Source: Candidatus Woesearchaeota archaeon
GTDB lineage: Archaea > Nanobdellota > Nanobdellia > SCGC-AAA011-G17 > JACPIM01
Assembly (NCBI GenBank): GCA_964457785.1
Contig: CAYWEX010000004.1
Span: 258 to 64,257 of the forward strand
DNA: 64,000 bases
Reading direction: 5' to 3'
Part shown: positions 36,541 to 46,367 of the stretch, piece after piece
How the letters are laid out: every line of letters starts with the position of its first letter
Numbering within the stretch: the first letter of the stretch is position 1
The notes under the pieces: generated by a model
What the model was told of the DNA's origin: nothing
The model's database searches: none
What the model saw: only the letters and a program-made list of their open reading frames with translations
Translations under genes and position numbers: made by a program

Positions 36541-38153
36541 TAAAGAAAATATTTATAGAAAATGAGAATGATGAAAGGACAAATGCCTTAAGAATGATTT
36601 TGGATATTGAAAAAATCCCTTATACATTTGTAAAGCATGCTGTTGAAAGAGATTTTAAAGACTCCATATTCTTGTTTACAAATAAATTTGACTCACGGGC
36701 AAAGTGTTATATAATTTTAAATCCGGAAATGCTTGAGCGTCCTCTTCAGGTTAATCAGGCCGAGCCTTTAAAGCTTAAGACAAAAATAACTAAAATATCA
36801 GAAATTCTGACAGAATTTGATTTGTCAGAAGAAGTTGATATTCCAAGAACACCAGTTTTCAAAATATTGGAGTATAGCGGGAATGAAATTGCAAAAATAT
36901 ATGTTGATAATCTGGAATATCCAGCTGTTATTAAAAGAGAAGACTCAATTATATTTTTGTTTGATATCTTGCCATTATTTGTAAATCTGGTTTCAGAAAG
37001 TTATTTTGAAAAAACAGCAGAAAAAAATGTTCTTTCAAATACAGTTTTGGAAAAAATATATAAAAAAATTCCATATTCTTTAAGAATCCCAATATACAGG
37101 AAATATTATAAAAGAGTTCATAAAAATCTGGAAAAATTACAGGAGTTTAAGACCAAATTCCCAATAGATCCAGCTGGTTTTGTTTTATTGGAATTAATAA
37201 AAAACTCTATTCTCCAGTTTACGAATATAATAAGAATAAACAGATGGCCATTAAAATATAATTATTCTGTTTTGTTAACTCATGACACAGAACCGACAAA
37301 ATACAGCTATAAAAAAGGTTTAAGACTGCTTTTGAATAAATTGGCAGAATACAATGTTAAGTCTACAATAACTTTAGTAAGCAATTATGTCCAATATATT
37401 TCAAAGGAAGATGTAGAAAAAATAAAGCATCATGATATTGGCTGCCATGATTTGTATCATGATAGAAAATTCTTGCTGATTCCAGCATATGAAAGAAAAG
37501 AAAGGCTGAAAAAAGCGCGGGAAATTCTTGAAAAAACTTTTGAGAGAGAAATTAATTTTTTCAGGGCTCCAACATTGCAGAGACCCTCAGACTTGTTTGA
37601 TTCATTGGAAGAAACAGGTTATAAATATGACTCTTCAATTATAGATTCTCAGAGAGAGCAGCCATATTGTGGAAAGGGAAATTCATTTTTCCTGCCTTTT
37701 AATCCAATAATAAACAACAAAAAATCAGAAATTTTGGAATTCCCAATATCTTCTCCTGATTGTATTTCCCCTTATTTTTTCGGTTTTTCCATGCCAGAAA
37801 CTCTCGAACTTTTTGAGAAAAAAATTAAGTTTATAGAAAAAGTAAATGGCCTTGCTGTTTTTATTGTTCATACTCCCGCCTGGGGAAAGAAAGATGCTAA
37901 AATGAGATTGCTCCTGCTGGATAAAATAATAGAAAATTCAAAAAATTCATTTTTAACAAATATAAGCGAATTAAGTGAGTGGTGGACATTGAGAAAAAAC
38001 TTGTTTTTGGAAATCCAGGGAAACCACATAATGCTGGTAAATAAAAATGAAAAAGAACTATCTAATATTTCTGTTAAAATAGATTCATTGGAAAAAACAG
38101 CAGAAATTGAAATCCCAATAATTCAGCCAAAAGAAAAAACAATAATATTATGA
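36522..38153 (+). CDS. polysaccharide deacetylase (CE4)-like protein with an N-terminal domain of unknown function
   Basis: LLTHDTEP and HDIGCHDLYHD resemble CE4 metal/catalytic motifs. The likely true start is the ATG at 36537 (ATGA overlap with the upstream stop), not the TTG at 36522. Confidence 0.6.
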   Translation: MSVKDMIKKIFIENENDERTNALRMILDIEKIPYTFVKHAVERDFKDSIFLFTNKFDSRAKCYIILNPEMLERPLQVNQAEPLKLKTKITKISEILTEFDLSEEVDIPRTPVFKILEYSGNEIAKIYVDNLEYPAVIKREDSIIFLFDILPLFVNLVSESYFEKTAEKNVLSNTVLEKIYKKIPYSLRIPIYRKYYKRVHKNLEKLQEFKTKFPIDPAGFVLLELIKNSILQFTNIIRINRWPLKYNYSVLLTHDTEPTKYSYKKGLRLLLNKLAEYNVKSTITLVSNYVQYISKEDVEKIKHHDIGCHDLYHDRKFLLIPAYERKERLKKAREILEKTFEREINFFRAPTLQRPSDLFDSLEETGYKYDSSIIDSQREQPYCGKGNSFFLPFNPIINNKKSEILEFPISSPDCISPYFFGFSMPETLELFEKKIKFIEKVNGLAVFIVHTPAWGKKDAKMRLLLLDKIIENSKNSFLTNISELSEWWTLRKNLFLEIQGNHIMLVNKNEKELSNISVKIDSLEKTAEIEIPIIQPKEKTIIL

Positions 38154-38767
38154 CATATAAAGAAAAAGTTAAAATAAGATTTGATGAATTATCAGATTCT
38201 TACTCAAATAATGCAGTTTCTTACATAAGAAACAAAAGATTAAAGTCTATAAACAAATATATAAAAAAAGAAGACAAAGTTCTTGAAATTGGGTGCGGTT
38301 CTGGAAATATTCTGAAATTAATAAATTCTAAAAATATTTATGGCCTCGATATCTCTCCCAAAATGATTGAAATCTGTAAAAAAACTATCCCAAATGGAAA
38401 TTTCATTGCTGGAGATGCAGAAAACCTGCCATATGAAGATAATTTCTTTGATAAAGTAATTATTAGTGAGGTTCTGTATTATCTTCCTGACTTGGAAAAA
38501 GCCTTAAAAGAAGTGAACAGAGTATTGAAAAAAAATGGCTTATTGTTAATCACTTCTTTAAACAAAAAATACAATTTTGTAAAAACTTTGGTAAATATTC
38601 TTAAAATCGGCGTGCATGACAACGTTTCCCTCTCTTATATTTCTTTAAATTATCTTAAAAATAGCCTACAGAAAAACTTTAAAATAGAGGAAATCTCATC
38701 TGTCCCATCAAAAATAGTTCCGCCAAACTATTCATTAATATTTTTCATAGCAGCAAAAAAGGAATAA
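38150..38767 (+). CDS. class I SAM-dependent methyltransferase
   Basis: VLEIGCGSGN motif I, then acidic motif II and a DKVIISEVL region. Confidence 0.85.
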   Translation: MTYKEKVKIRFDELSDSYSNNAVSYIRNKRLKSINKYIKKEDKVLEIGCGSGNILKLINSKNIYGLDISPKMIEICKKTIPNGNFIAGDAENLPYEDNFFDKVIISEVLYYLPDLEKALKEVNRVLKKNGLLLITSLNKKYNFVKTLVNILKIGVHDNVSLSYISLNYLKNSLQKNFKIEEISSVPSKIVPPNYSLIFFIAAKKE

Positions 38768-38768
38768 T

Positions 38769-39734
38769 ATGAACCCGAAAATAACAGTTTTAATCCCGAT
38801 GTATAATGAGGAAGAAAACGTAGTTAGTACAGTAAAAAAAGTTTCCGACATCCTTTATTCAATGAATGTTGATTATGAATTAATTATAGTAAATGACGGC
38901 TCAACAGATAAAACCTTGGAATTATTAAAAAGAGAATCTGAAACTTACAAAAAATTAAGAATAATTACTTATGAGAAAAACAAAAATATTGGTGGCGCCC
39001 TAAAAGTAGGTTTTGAAAGAGCAAAAGGAGATTACATAATAACAATAGATTCTGATTTAAGCTACGATGCCAAATACATAGCTGATTTATACTATGAAGC
39101 AGAAAAATCCAACTTTGACATTATTCAGGGCTCTCCTTATATGAAAGGTGGAAATGCTCTTGGCGTTCCACAATTAAGACTATTAATTAGCAAGGCATCT
39201 AACAGGTTCTTCAGTTACATTATAGGAGCTAAAATACATACAGTAACAGGAATGTTAAGGTGTTATAAAAAAGAAGTAATTGACTCCTTAGTCCTGGAAT
39301 CAAATGGCCCGGAAATAATGTTTGAAATCTTGTCTAAATCATTTTTATTAGGTTATAAAGTAAAGGAAATTCCAGCAGTTCTAAAAGGCAGGGAAAGGGG
39401 AAAATCTAAATTCCAGCACCAGTTAAAAAAAGTATTTTCAGAATATTTTTATCTGATTTATTCAGAAAAACCAATTATATTTTTTAGATTTCTAGGTTTG
39501 TTATTAATTATTTTGTCATTAATTTATGCAGGAATTAAAATATCTTGGTATGCTCTGGGGAGAATTTCAATATCAGAACCAGTAATAACAAATCCAGTTG
39601 TAATTTTGGTATTATTAGGATCATTAATATTCTTTTTTGCAATAATTATTAATCAATTTACCCAGTTGCAGAAAAACTTACTGATTATTCAAAAACAAAA
39701 CAAGGAATTGCAGATTAAATTAAAGGAAAAGTAA
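38769..39734 (+). CDS. family 2 glycosyltransferase with C-terminal TM helices
   Basis: ITVLIPMYNEEENV, NDGSTD, IDSDLSYD. Two C-terminal TM helices. Confidence 0.9.
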   Translation: MNPKITVLIPMYNEEENVVSTVKKVSDILYSMNVDYELIIVNDGSTDKTLELLKRESETYKKLRIITYEKNKNIGGALKVGFERAKGDYIITIDSDLSYDAKYIADLYYEAEKSNFDIIQGSPYMKGGNALGVPQLRLLISKASNRFFSYIIGAKIHTVTGMLRCYKKEVIDSLVLESNGPEIMFEILSKSFLLGYKVKEIPAVLKGRERGKSKFQHQLKKVFSEYFYLIYSEKPIIFFRFLGLLLIILSLIYAGIKISWYALGRISISEPVITNPVVILVLLGSLIFFFAIIINQFTQLQKNLLIIQKQNKELQIKLKEK

Positions 39735-39860
39735 ATGCTGGAAAGATGGTTAGAGAGATTAGAATTAGAAAAGGAAACACAAATAGAACCATATAATGAA
39801 TATAAAAATGTAGTTGTTAAAAAGAAAATTCCTTTGGTAAAAATAACAGGAAAAAAATAA
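39735..39860 (+). CDS. possible 41-aa ORF
   Basis: ATG immediately after the GT2 stop: MLERWLERLELEKETQIEPYNEYKNVVVKKKIPLVKITGKK. Below the track cutoff. Confidence 0.3.
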   Translation: MLERWLERLELEKETQIEPYNEYKNVVVKKKIPLVKITGKK

Positions 39861-39863
39861 TTT

Positions 39864-40832
39864 TTATTTTCTTAAATAATAAAGTTTAGCTGCTTTCTTC
39901 TCTAATTCTGAATTTCCTTCTAGTTCTTCCTTTAAATGTGCTGGAATTTTTGATGCTCCAGTTTCTAAACCAGAAAGAGTTCCGGTTAATGCTGCTCTTG
40001 AATCAGAATCTCCTTCCCCATCTGCAGAAGTTATAACGGCTTCATGAAAATTCACAGTCCTTATTGCGCTAAAAATAGCAGAATAAACTACATCCTCAAC
40101 AAAACCACCAGTTCCAATTTTTTGAATAGCTTCTCTAGGATTGCATGAATCACTGTCAGCCAAATCTTTAATTTCTTTTAATTTTTTTCTAATACTTTTG
40201 TTTAAAAATTCATCTTCAAATAAAATAAGATCTAATGTTTCTCTTACTGTTCTTCCGTTTGCAACTTCTTGTACAAAATAATTAAACAATCTGCCCATGT
40301 TTTTTACTTTTTTATGAGCATGTGTAACACCTAAAATTTTGCCAACCTCATTATTTTCAATTTTGTAATCAGATCTGCTTATCGCAGATAATAAAGAATA
40401 AGGAACTAATCTTGCAATTGCTAAAGAACCGCAGGCATTTATATGATCAATTCCAGATTTACTTGGTTTAACTCCTTTCATTAAATTTCTTACAGCTGAT
40501 TCTGTTGTCCTTCCAATTGATCTTGCCTCTCCAGATGTATACCAGTGAATAAGTCTTTTTCCAAGATCATCTAAATTAATTTCTCCATGATAAGCTAAAA
40601 GAGAATCTAAAGCAATTTCTAATTGCTGTGTATCATCAGTAAATTGTCCTGCTTGTAATCCTTTTGTAAAAGCAGTCTCATAGCAAAGAACAGGTCTTAA
40701 TGTAGGTCTTCTAGAAAACTCTCTTGGAGCCCCCATAGCATCACCTATTGCAAATCCTAAAACAGCCCCCTTTACTTTATCTAAAGTGGGATTTTGGTTT
40801 TGAGTCTTCCTAGTATATTCTTGAGTTTTCAT
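39864..40832 (-). CDS. ADP-ribosylglycohydrolase family protein (ARH/DraG-like)
   Basis: GAVLGFAIGDAMGAPREF and FTDDTQQ N-terminal motifs. C-terminal GDSDSRAALTG. Confidence 0.85.
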   Translation of the reverse strand: MKTQEYTRKTQNQNPTLDKVKGAVLGFAIGDAMGAPREFSRRPTLRPVLCYETAFTKGLQAGQFTDDTQQLEIALDSLLAYHGEINLDDLGKRLIHWYTSGEARSIGRTTESAVRNLMKGVKPSKSGIDHINACGSLAIARLVPYSLLSAISRSDYKIENNEVGKILGVTHAHKKVKNMGRLFNYFVQEVANGRTVRETLDLILFEDEFLNKSIRKKLKEIKDLADSDSCNPREAIQKIGTGGFVEDVVYSAIFSAIRTVNFHEAVITSADGEGDSDSRAALTGTLSGLETGASKIPAHLKEELEGNSELEKKAAKLYYLRK

Positions 40833-40953
40833 ATTAAACCTTAATAGATGTCCAAATTCATAATCTTTGCTATAAACCTTTCTATTTGTTACTACTATTA
40901 AGTCAATTTAAATAAAGATTAGGTTTTTAAGGTGAATTAGAAATCAAAAAATC

Positions 40954-42042
40954 ATGAAAAAAGTTGTAACTATTTGTGGTACTAGACCAGAATGGACTAA
41001 ATTATCAGCATTAATTCCAATGTTAGATAAGGAATTTGATCATATTTTGGTTCATACAGGCCAGCATTATTCTTATAATATGGATAAGATTTTTTTCGAA
41101 GAATTACAATTAAGGCAGCCAAATTATACTTTGGAAGTTGGTTCAGGAACTCAGGCAGAGCAAGTAGGGAAGGGAATGATGGAATTTGAAAAGATTTTGT
41201 TAAAAGAAAAGCCAGATATTGTAATTACATTTGCAGATACAAATGCTCCTATAACAGGTTCAATAACAGCATCAAAATTACATATTCCAGTTGTTCACAT
41301 TGAAGCTGGTGCTCGTTCATTTAATAGAATAATGCCAGAAGAAATTAACAGGATAGTAACTGATCATTGTTCTGATTTGTTGTTTCCAGCAGACAAGGCA
41401 GCTTATAAAAATCTAGTTAAAGAAAACATTCCAAAAAGTAAAATATTCTTAGTAGGTAGAACAGTTTATGAAGCGTGCTTAAGATCTAAAAAATTAGCTC
41501 TAAAACTAAATTTATTGGAAAAATACAATTTACAAAAAGAAAATTATGTTCTATTGACAATGCATAGGGCAGAAAACACAAATGACTTAGAAAGACTAAA
41601 GGGTTTAATTTATGCAATTAATGAAATCTCAAATTTAGTTAAAATAATCTACCCAATTCACCCCAGAACAAAAAAAATTCTTGAAGAAAACAACTTAAAA
41701 ATTAGTGATAAAGTTTTAGTTATAGAACCGCAAGGCTATCTGGAGTTTACAAATTTATTGATTAATTCAAACTTTGTAATGTCAGATTCTGGAACAGTAC
41801 AGGAAGAAGCAGTAATTTATGATGTTCCTTGTGTAATTTTAAGAAATGAAACAGAATGGACAGAATTTGTTGAAAAAGGCAAGAACATTCTAGCAACAAC
41901 AGATCCAAATAAAATTATTCCCATAGCAAAAGAATTATTAACTAATCCAAATAAAATTCCAGAATTAAAAGCAATAAAAATCAAGCAAAAAAAGAACACA
42001 TGTAAAAAAATAATAGAAATAATGAAAAATGTCTTTAAGTAA
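40954..42042 (+). CDS. wecB: UDP-N-acetylglucosamine 2-epimerase (non-hydrolysing)
   Basis: CGTRPEW, HTGQHY, HRAEN and DSGTVQEEA motifs. Confidence 0.9.
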   Translation: MKKVVTICGTRPEWTKLSALIPMLDKEFDHILVHTGQHYSYNMDKIFFEELQLRQPNYTLEVGSGTQAEQVGKGMMEFEKILLKEKPDIVITFADTNAPITGSITASKLHIPVVHIEAGARSFNRIMPEEINRIVTDHCSDLLFPADKAAYKNLVKENIPKSKIFLVGRTVYEACLRSKKLALKLNLLEKYNLQKENYVLLTMHRAENTNDLERLKGLIYAINEISNLVKIIYPIHPRTKKILEENNLKISDKVLVIEPQGYLEFTNLLINSNFVMSDSGTVQEEAVIYDVPCVILRNETEWTEFVEKGKNILATTDPNKIIPIAKELLTNPNKIPELKAIKIKQKKNTCKKIIEIMKNVFK

Positions 42043-42997
42043 TAAATCAATTTTAGTAACTGGTGGGGCTGGTTTTATAGGCAGTCATTTAGTAGATGCT
42101 TTAATAAAAGAAAATCCTGAGAAAATAACAGTTTTGTCAAATTTCTTTTTAGGAAAGGAAGAAAACCTGAAAGATGCAAAGGAAAATTTTGAAAAACTTA
42201 AAATATATCACGGTTCTGCAGCTGATTTTGAAACTATAAAAAGAATTTGTGAAAATAATAACTTTGACATAGTTTACAATTTAGCTGTAATCCCATTGCC
42301 AGCCTCATTAGAAGATCCACTAGGCTCAACAATAGAAAATATAAAAATAGCAACAAATATTTGTGAATTGCAGAGAAAAGACTTATTCAAAACATTAATT
42401 CATTTTTCATCTTCAGAAGCATATGGTTCAGCAGTTTATGTTCCTATGGATGAAAAACACCCCTTAAATCCTTGTACACCCTATGCAGCAGCTAAAGCAT
42501 CAGGGGATTTAATTGTAGATTCTTATTTTAGAACTTTCAATTTAAAAAATTCAATATTAAGACCATTTAATAATTACGGTCCAAGACAGAATGCCGGAAA
42601 GTTTGCTGGCATAATTCCTTTATTCTGTAAAAAAATAATGTCAAAAGAAACAACATTAACATTAAATGGTGATGGAAATCAAACAAGAGATTACATTTAC
42701 GTATCAGACACAGCAAGAGCAGCAGTTGAATTTGCAAAATCAAATTCAGTAATTGGAAAAACAGTTAATGTTGCTTCTGGAAGGGAAATAACAATGAATT
42801 ATTTGACAGAATTATTATGCAAAGAAATGAATTTCAAGGGTAAAATTGTTCATGGTCCCGAAAGATTAGGGGAAGTAAAAAGACATTTTGCAGATATCTC
42901 TTTGGCAAAAAAAACAATAAACTTTGAACCTAAAATTAAATTTGAAGAAGGAATAAAATTAACTTGTGATTGGTATAAAAAGAACTTAAGATTGTAA
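42029..42997 (+). CDS. NAD-dependent sugar epimerase/dehydratase (extended SDR)
   Basis: VTGGAGFIGSH Rossmann motif and catalytic YAAAK. Confidence 0.9.
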   Translation: MSLSNKSILVTGGAGFIGSHLVDALIKENPEKITVLSNFFLGKEENLKDAKENFEKLKIYHGSAADFETIKRICENNNFDIVYNLAVIPLPASLEDPLGSTIENIKIATNICELQRKDLFKTLIHFSSSEAYGSAVYVPMDEKHPLNPCTPYAAAKASGDLIVDSYFRTFNLKNSILRPFNNYGPRQNAGKFAGIIPLFCKKIMSKETTLTLNGDGNQTRDYIYVSDTARAAVEFAKSNSVIGKTVNVASGREITMNYLTELLCKEMNFKGKIVHGPERLGEVKRHFADISLAKKTINFEPKIKFEEGIKLTCDWYKKNLRL

Positions 42998-43360
42998 TTT
43001 CTTTTTTAATTTCTCCGATTCATCTAAAACTGTTCTTTCAAACAAGCTTATCTTGTCTCCAGTTCCAGTTGCAATAACTGTAATTGGTCCTTCTCTATCT
43101 CTCTCATTAAAAAGATAATCTATTCTTAAACCAGTTTCAGAATGAAAATAAGAACTATGTAAGATCTTCTCTCCCGTTGTTTCTGGATGTGAAATTGCTC
43201 TGCCAATTAAACCGCAATTTATTCTCTCTAAGTAACGAGAAAAAGTACCAGCAGTAAATAAATTGCTCTCTTCACCATGATAAATAATCTTTTTCATAAA
43301 ATAACTAAAAATCCCCGTAAAAAAATTAAGGTGTAAAATATTTTTTTCTTGTTTCATCAA
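42986..43360 (-). CDS. hypothetical protein (probable start at the internal Met, 43297)
   Basis: Starting at the internal MKKIIYHGEE removes the 35-nt overlap with the upstream ORF. Resembles ORF 31303-31689 at the N-terminus. Confidence 0.55.
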   Translation of the reverse strand: MMKQEKNILHLNFFTGIFSYFMKKIIYHGEESNLFTAGTFSRYLERINCGLIGRAISHPETTGEKILHSSYFHSETGLRIDYLFNERDREGPITVIATGTGDKISLFERTVLDESEKLKKKLQS

Positions 43361-43940
43361 GAGTTATAATGTTTGGTAATGATTTTTCTGAAAATTCTGT
43401 AAATTCTCTCTTTCTTGGTCTAACTTCAATTGGTATCTTAACTTTCTTCTTTTCTCTATCAATAAAACATAAATAAGTCCAGTTTAATGATAATTCAAGT
43501 TTCTTGTCAAAATGATATCCACCCATTGGAACAAGAATTCCTGATGGGTTTACAATTTCAGGGCTAGGAACTATAATATGAGATTCTCCCCCACCAGTAT
43601 TGCTAATGCTTAATCTTTCATCTTCTAAATCTATTAAAACTTCTCCTTCATAATGGTTTACAACAGGTTCTTTGCCATAAATAAGTTCTTCTATAACTGA
43701 TTGCTTACTAGGTATAATACCTCCCGAATCAGAAACAACTCTTGCACTTAAAACTTGACCTCTTGGAACCCATAAATTTCCTCTAAAATTTCCTCGCCTG
43801 ATTTCTCTAGCTACATTTTCAAGATTTACTAATGAGTCTATTGATATTTTCCTTTTTATATTGGATTTTAGGTAATTTTGGTAATATTCCATGAAAATTT
43901 TAGAATTTAATCTATATTTAAACTTTTCTATTTTAATCAC
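43326..43940 (-). CDS. hypothetical protein
   Basis: 204-aa ORF in a same-strand run downstream of the acetyltransferase. Confidence 0.6.
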   Translation of the reverse strand: MIKIEKFKYRLNSKIFMEYYQNYLKSNIKRKISIDSLVNLENVAREIRRGNFRGNLWVPRGQVLSARVVSDSGGIIPSKQSVIEELIYGKEPVVNHYEGEVLIDLEDERLSISNTGGGESHIIVPSPEIVNPSGILVPMGGYHFDKKLELSLNWTYLCFIDREKKKVKIPIEVRPRKREFTEFSEKSLPNIITLDETRKKYFTP

Positions 43941-43953
43941 TATTGTGTAACAA

Positions 43954-44226
43954 CTATTTATATCTGAAACCTGTTTTTGCCCTATACTCTTTTCTTAATC
44001 TTTCATAATGATAATCTATTATTGGAAATAGATAATATCCATTTGTTTTTCTCATATCAGCATAAGGTTTTATTTCATCTAATAAATTTTTTAATTCCTC
44101 TGCTTTAGTTCTTCTATCAATAAAAAGAGATCTTGCTTTAGAAATCAATAATATTAATTTGCTTTTTTCTTCCTCACTTATTTGAGTAATTTTTTCTAAT
44201 CTTTTGGGTTCTTTTGGTGATCTCAT
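43954..44226 (-). CDS. hypothetical protein
   Basis: 90-aa ORF. Its start overlaps the acetyltransferase stop by 4 nt. Confidence 0.55.
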   Translation of the reverse strand: MRSPKEPKRLEKITQISEEEKSKLILLISKARSLFIDRRTKAEELKNLLDEIKPYADMRKTNGYYLFPIIDYHYERLRKEYRAKTGFRYK

Positions 44227-44786
44227 TTAATCTCAATTTCACTATTGCAGGAATTGCATTTAACTTTTCCTTTTAAATTAATATCACCTAATTTTTTTCC
44301 ACATTTGCAAACATAACCATTTAATTTTGCTGGTACACCATAAACTAATCCATAAGAAGGAACATCTTTAGTTACTACACTTCCAGCCCCAATTAATGCA
44401 AACTCTCCAATTGTTAAATTTGTTAATATAGTAGAGTTTGCTCCGATTGATGCACCTTTTTTTACTGTTGTTTTTCCAAGCACCCAGTCTTTTGCTCCTT
44501 TCAAAGAACCGTCTGGGTTTATTGCTCTCGGTAATTTATCATTAGTAAAACAGACATGCGGAGCTATTTGTACTCCCTCTTCAATCTCAACGCCGTGAAA
44601 AACAGAAACATTGTTTCCTATTTTAACATTGTTTCCTATTTTTACATACTGATCAACAAATACACCTTTTGCTAAAACACAATTCTTTCCTATGTTTGCT
44701 CCTTTTCTTACATGAGCAAAATGCCATACATTGGTGTTGTTTCCAATTATAGCTCCTTCTTCCACTTCAGCTGTTTTGTGAATCAT
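44223..44786 (-). CDS. hexapeptide-repeat (left-handed beta-helix) sugar N-acetyltransferase with a C-terminal Cys4 ribbon
   Basis: Repeated [LIV]-G-x4 hexapeptides (IGNNVKIGNNVSV and others). C-terminal CKCGKK...CNSCNS. Confidence 0.85.
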   Translation of the reverse strand: MIHKTAEVEEGAIIGNNTNVWHFAHVRKGANIGKNCVLAKGVFVDQYVKIGNNVKIGNNVSVFHGVEIEEGVQIAPHVCFTNDKLPRAINPDGSLKGAKDWVLGKTTVKKGASIGANSTILTNLTIGEFALIGAGSVVTKDVPSYGLVYGVPAKLNGYVCKCGKKLGDINLKGKVKCNSCNSEIEIK

Positions 44787-44916
44787 GCTTTCAATCCATA
44801 AATATTTACTTATAAACTATTTATATTCTCTAGAATATAGGTTAAAAAATTTAGAATAAAACTTATAAACTCTTTCTTACTTACAAAAGCAGGAAAAAAG
44901 ATCCAAAAGAGAGAAA

Positions 44917-46335
44917 ATGAAAATACTTCTTTTATTACCACCATACCCTAAGGATAAGATATTTAGAAAATCAATGAAAAACTTAGGAGCTATACTTCCA
45001 CCATTAGGTATTGCTTATATTGCTGCTGTTCTTGAGAAAGATGGCCATGAAATAAAAATAATTGACGGTCCTGCACAAGCAACAGTTTTTGAATATGATT
45101 TTATAGATCTTGAAAGAGACATTAAAAATTTTAATCCTGATGTTGTTGGTATTTCTGCTTCAACTTCCCAGATAGATCATGCAAAAAAAGCCCTGGAAAT
45201 TATAAAAAAATATAATAAAAATTGTCTTACAATTTTAGGTGGTCCATTGATTAGTGCAGATCCAACAGCTTTGCTTAGTCTTGAAAATGTTGATTATGGT
45301 GTTGTGGGAGAAGCTGAAAAAACTTTTTCAATAATTTTAAACAAATATGAAAACAAAGAAAAGCTTGAAGGATCACCTGGACTTTTATACAGAACTGAAT
45401 CAGGTGTAAAATCTGAAAAACCGCCAGTAATTTATAACTTGGATGAAATACCAATACCAGCAAGACATTTGTTAAACATGTCATTATATAGGCCATCCCC
45501 AGCAAATTATAGAAGACTGCCAGCAACTACAATGATCACATCAAGAGGCTGTCCTTACAAGTGTATTTTTTGTTCAAGACCTACAGAAGGAATGGTCTGG
45601 CGCCCATATTCAGCTGAAAGAGTCGTTGATGAAATTGAAATTTTAGTTAAGGAATTTGGAATAAAGGATATTCAGATGTTTGATGATACTTTTACTTTAG
45701 ATCCAAAAAGAACAGAAAATATTTGTAAAGGAATTATTGAAAGAAATATAGATGTTAGCTGGAATTGTATGACTAGAGTTGACAGAGTAACTCCAGAATT
45801 ATTAAAATTAATGAAGCAAGCTGGATGTTATGAAATTGGAATTGGTATTGAATCAGGAGTGCAGAGAGTTCTGGATTTTATTAAAAAAGATTTAACACCA
45901 GAAAAAGTAAGAAATGGTGTTCAATGGGCTAAAGATGCAGGCATTGATGTTCGCGGTTTTTTCATGATTGGTTTTCCTACAGAAACAAAAGAAGAAATTT
46001 TGGAAACAATCAGATTTGCAAAAGATTTGGATATTGATGTAGCTCAATTTATGATTTCTACTCCATTTCCAGGAACAGAAATGTGGGAAATATCAAAAAA
46101 ATATGGTACAATTAATGATAGTGATTTAAGCAAGTTTACCTTTTATGCTCCTGATGAAATGCTTCCTTTTTCATCTAATATATTAAGCGATAAAGAAATT
46201 TTAGATTTGTATAAATATGCTTTCAGGTCATTTTATCTAAGACCGAAATTTGTCTTTAAGCAATTGGGAAAAATTCGCGGTTTAAATGATATTTATAGAA
46301 ACTGGCTTGCTGCAAAAGGCGTTATAGGAATGTAA
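44917..46335 (+). CDS. B12-binding-domain radical SAM protein
   Basis: N-terminal B12-type domain (GHEIKIIDG, DVVGISA), then canonical SRGCPYKCIFC. Confidence 0.9.
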   Translation: MKILLLLPPYPKDKIFRKSMKNLGAILPPLGIAYIAAVLEKDGHEIKIIDGPAQATVFEYDFIDLERDIKNFNPDVVGISASTSQIDHAKKALEIIKKYNKNCLTILGGPLISADPTALLSLENVDYGVVGEAEKTFSIILNKYENKEKLEGSPGLLYRTESGVKSEKPPVIYNLDEIPIPARHLLNMSLYRPSPANYRRLPATTMITSRGCPYKCIFCSRPTEGMVWRPYSAERVVDEIEILVKEFGIKDIQMFDDTFTLDPKRTENICKGIIERNIDVSWNCMTRVDRVTPELLKLMKQAGCYEIGIGIESGVQRVLDFIKKDLTPEKVRNGVQWAKDAGIDVRGFFMIGFPTETKEEILETIRFAKDLDIDVAQFMISTPFPGTEMWEISKKYGTINDSDLSKFTFYAPDEMLPFSSNILSDKEILDLYKYAFRSFYLRPKFVFKQLGKIRGLNDIYRNWLAAKGVIGM

Positions 46336-46367
46336 TATTTTTTAAATTCTGTTAAAACATAAATTTT

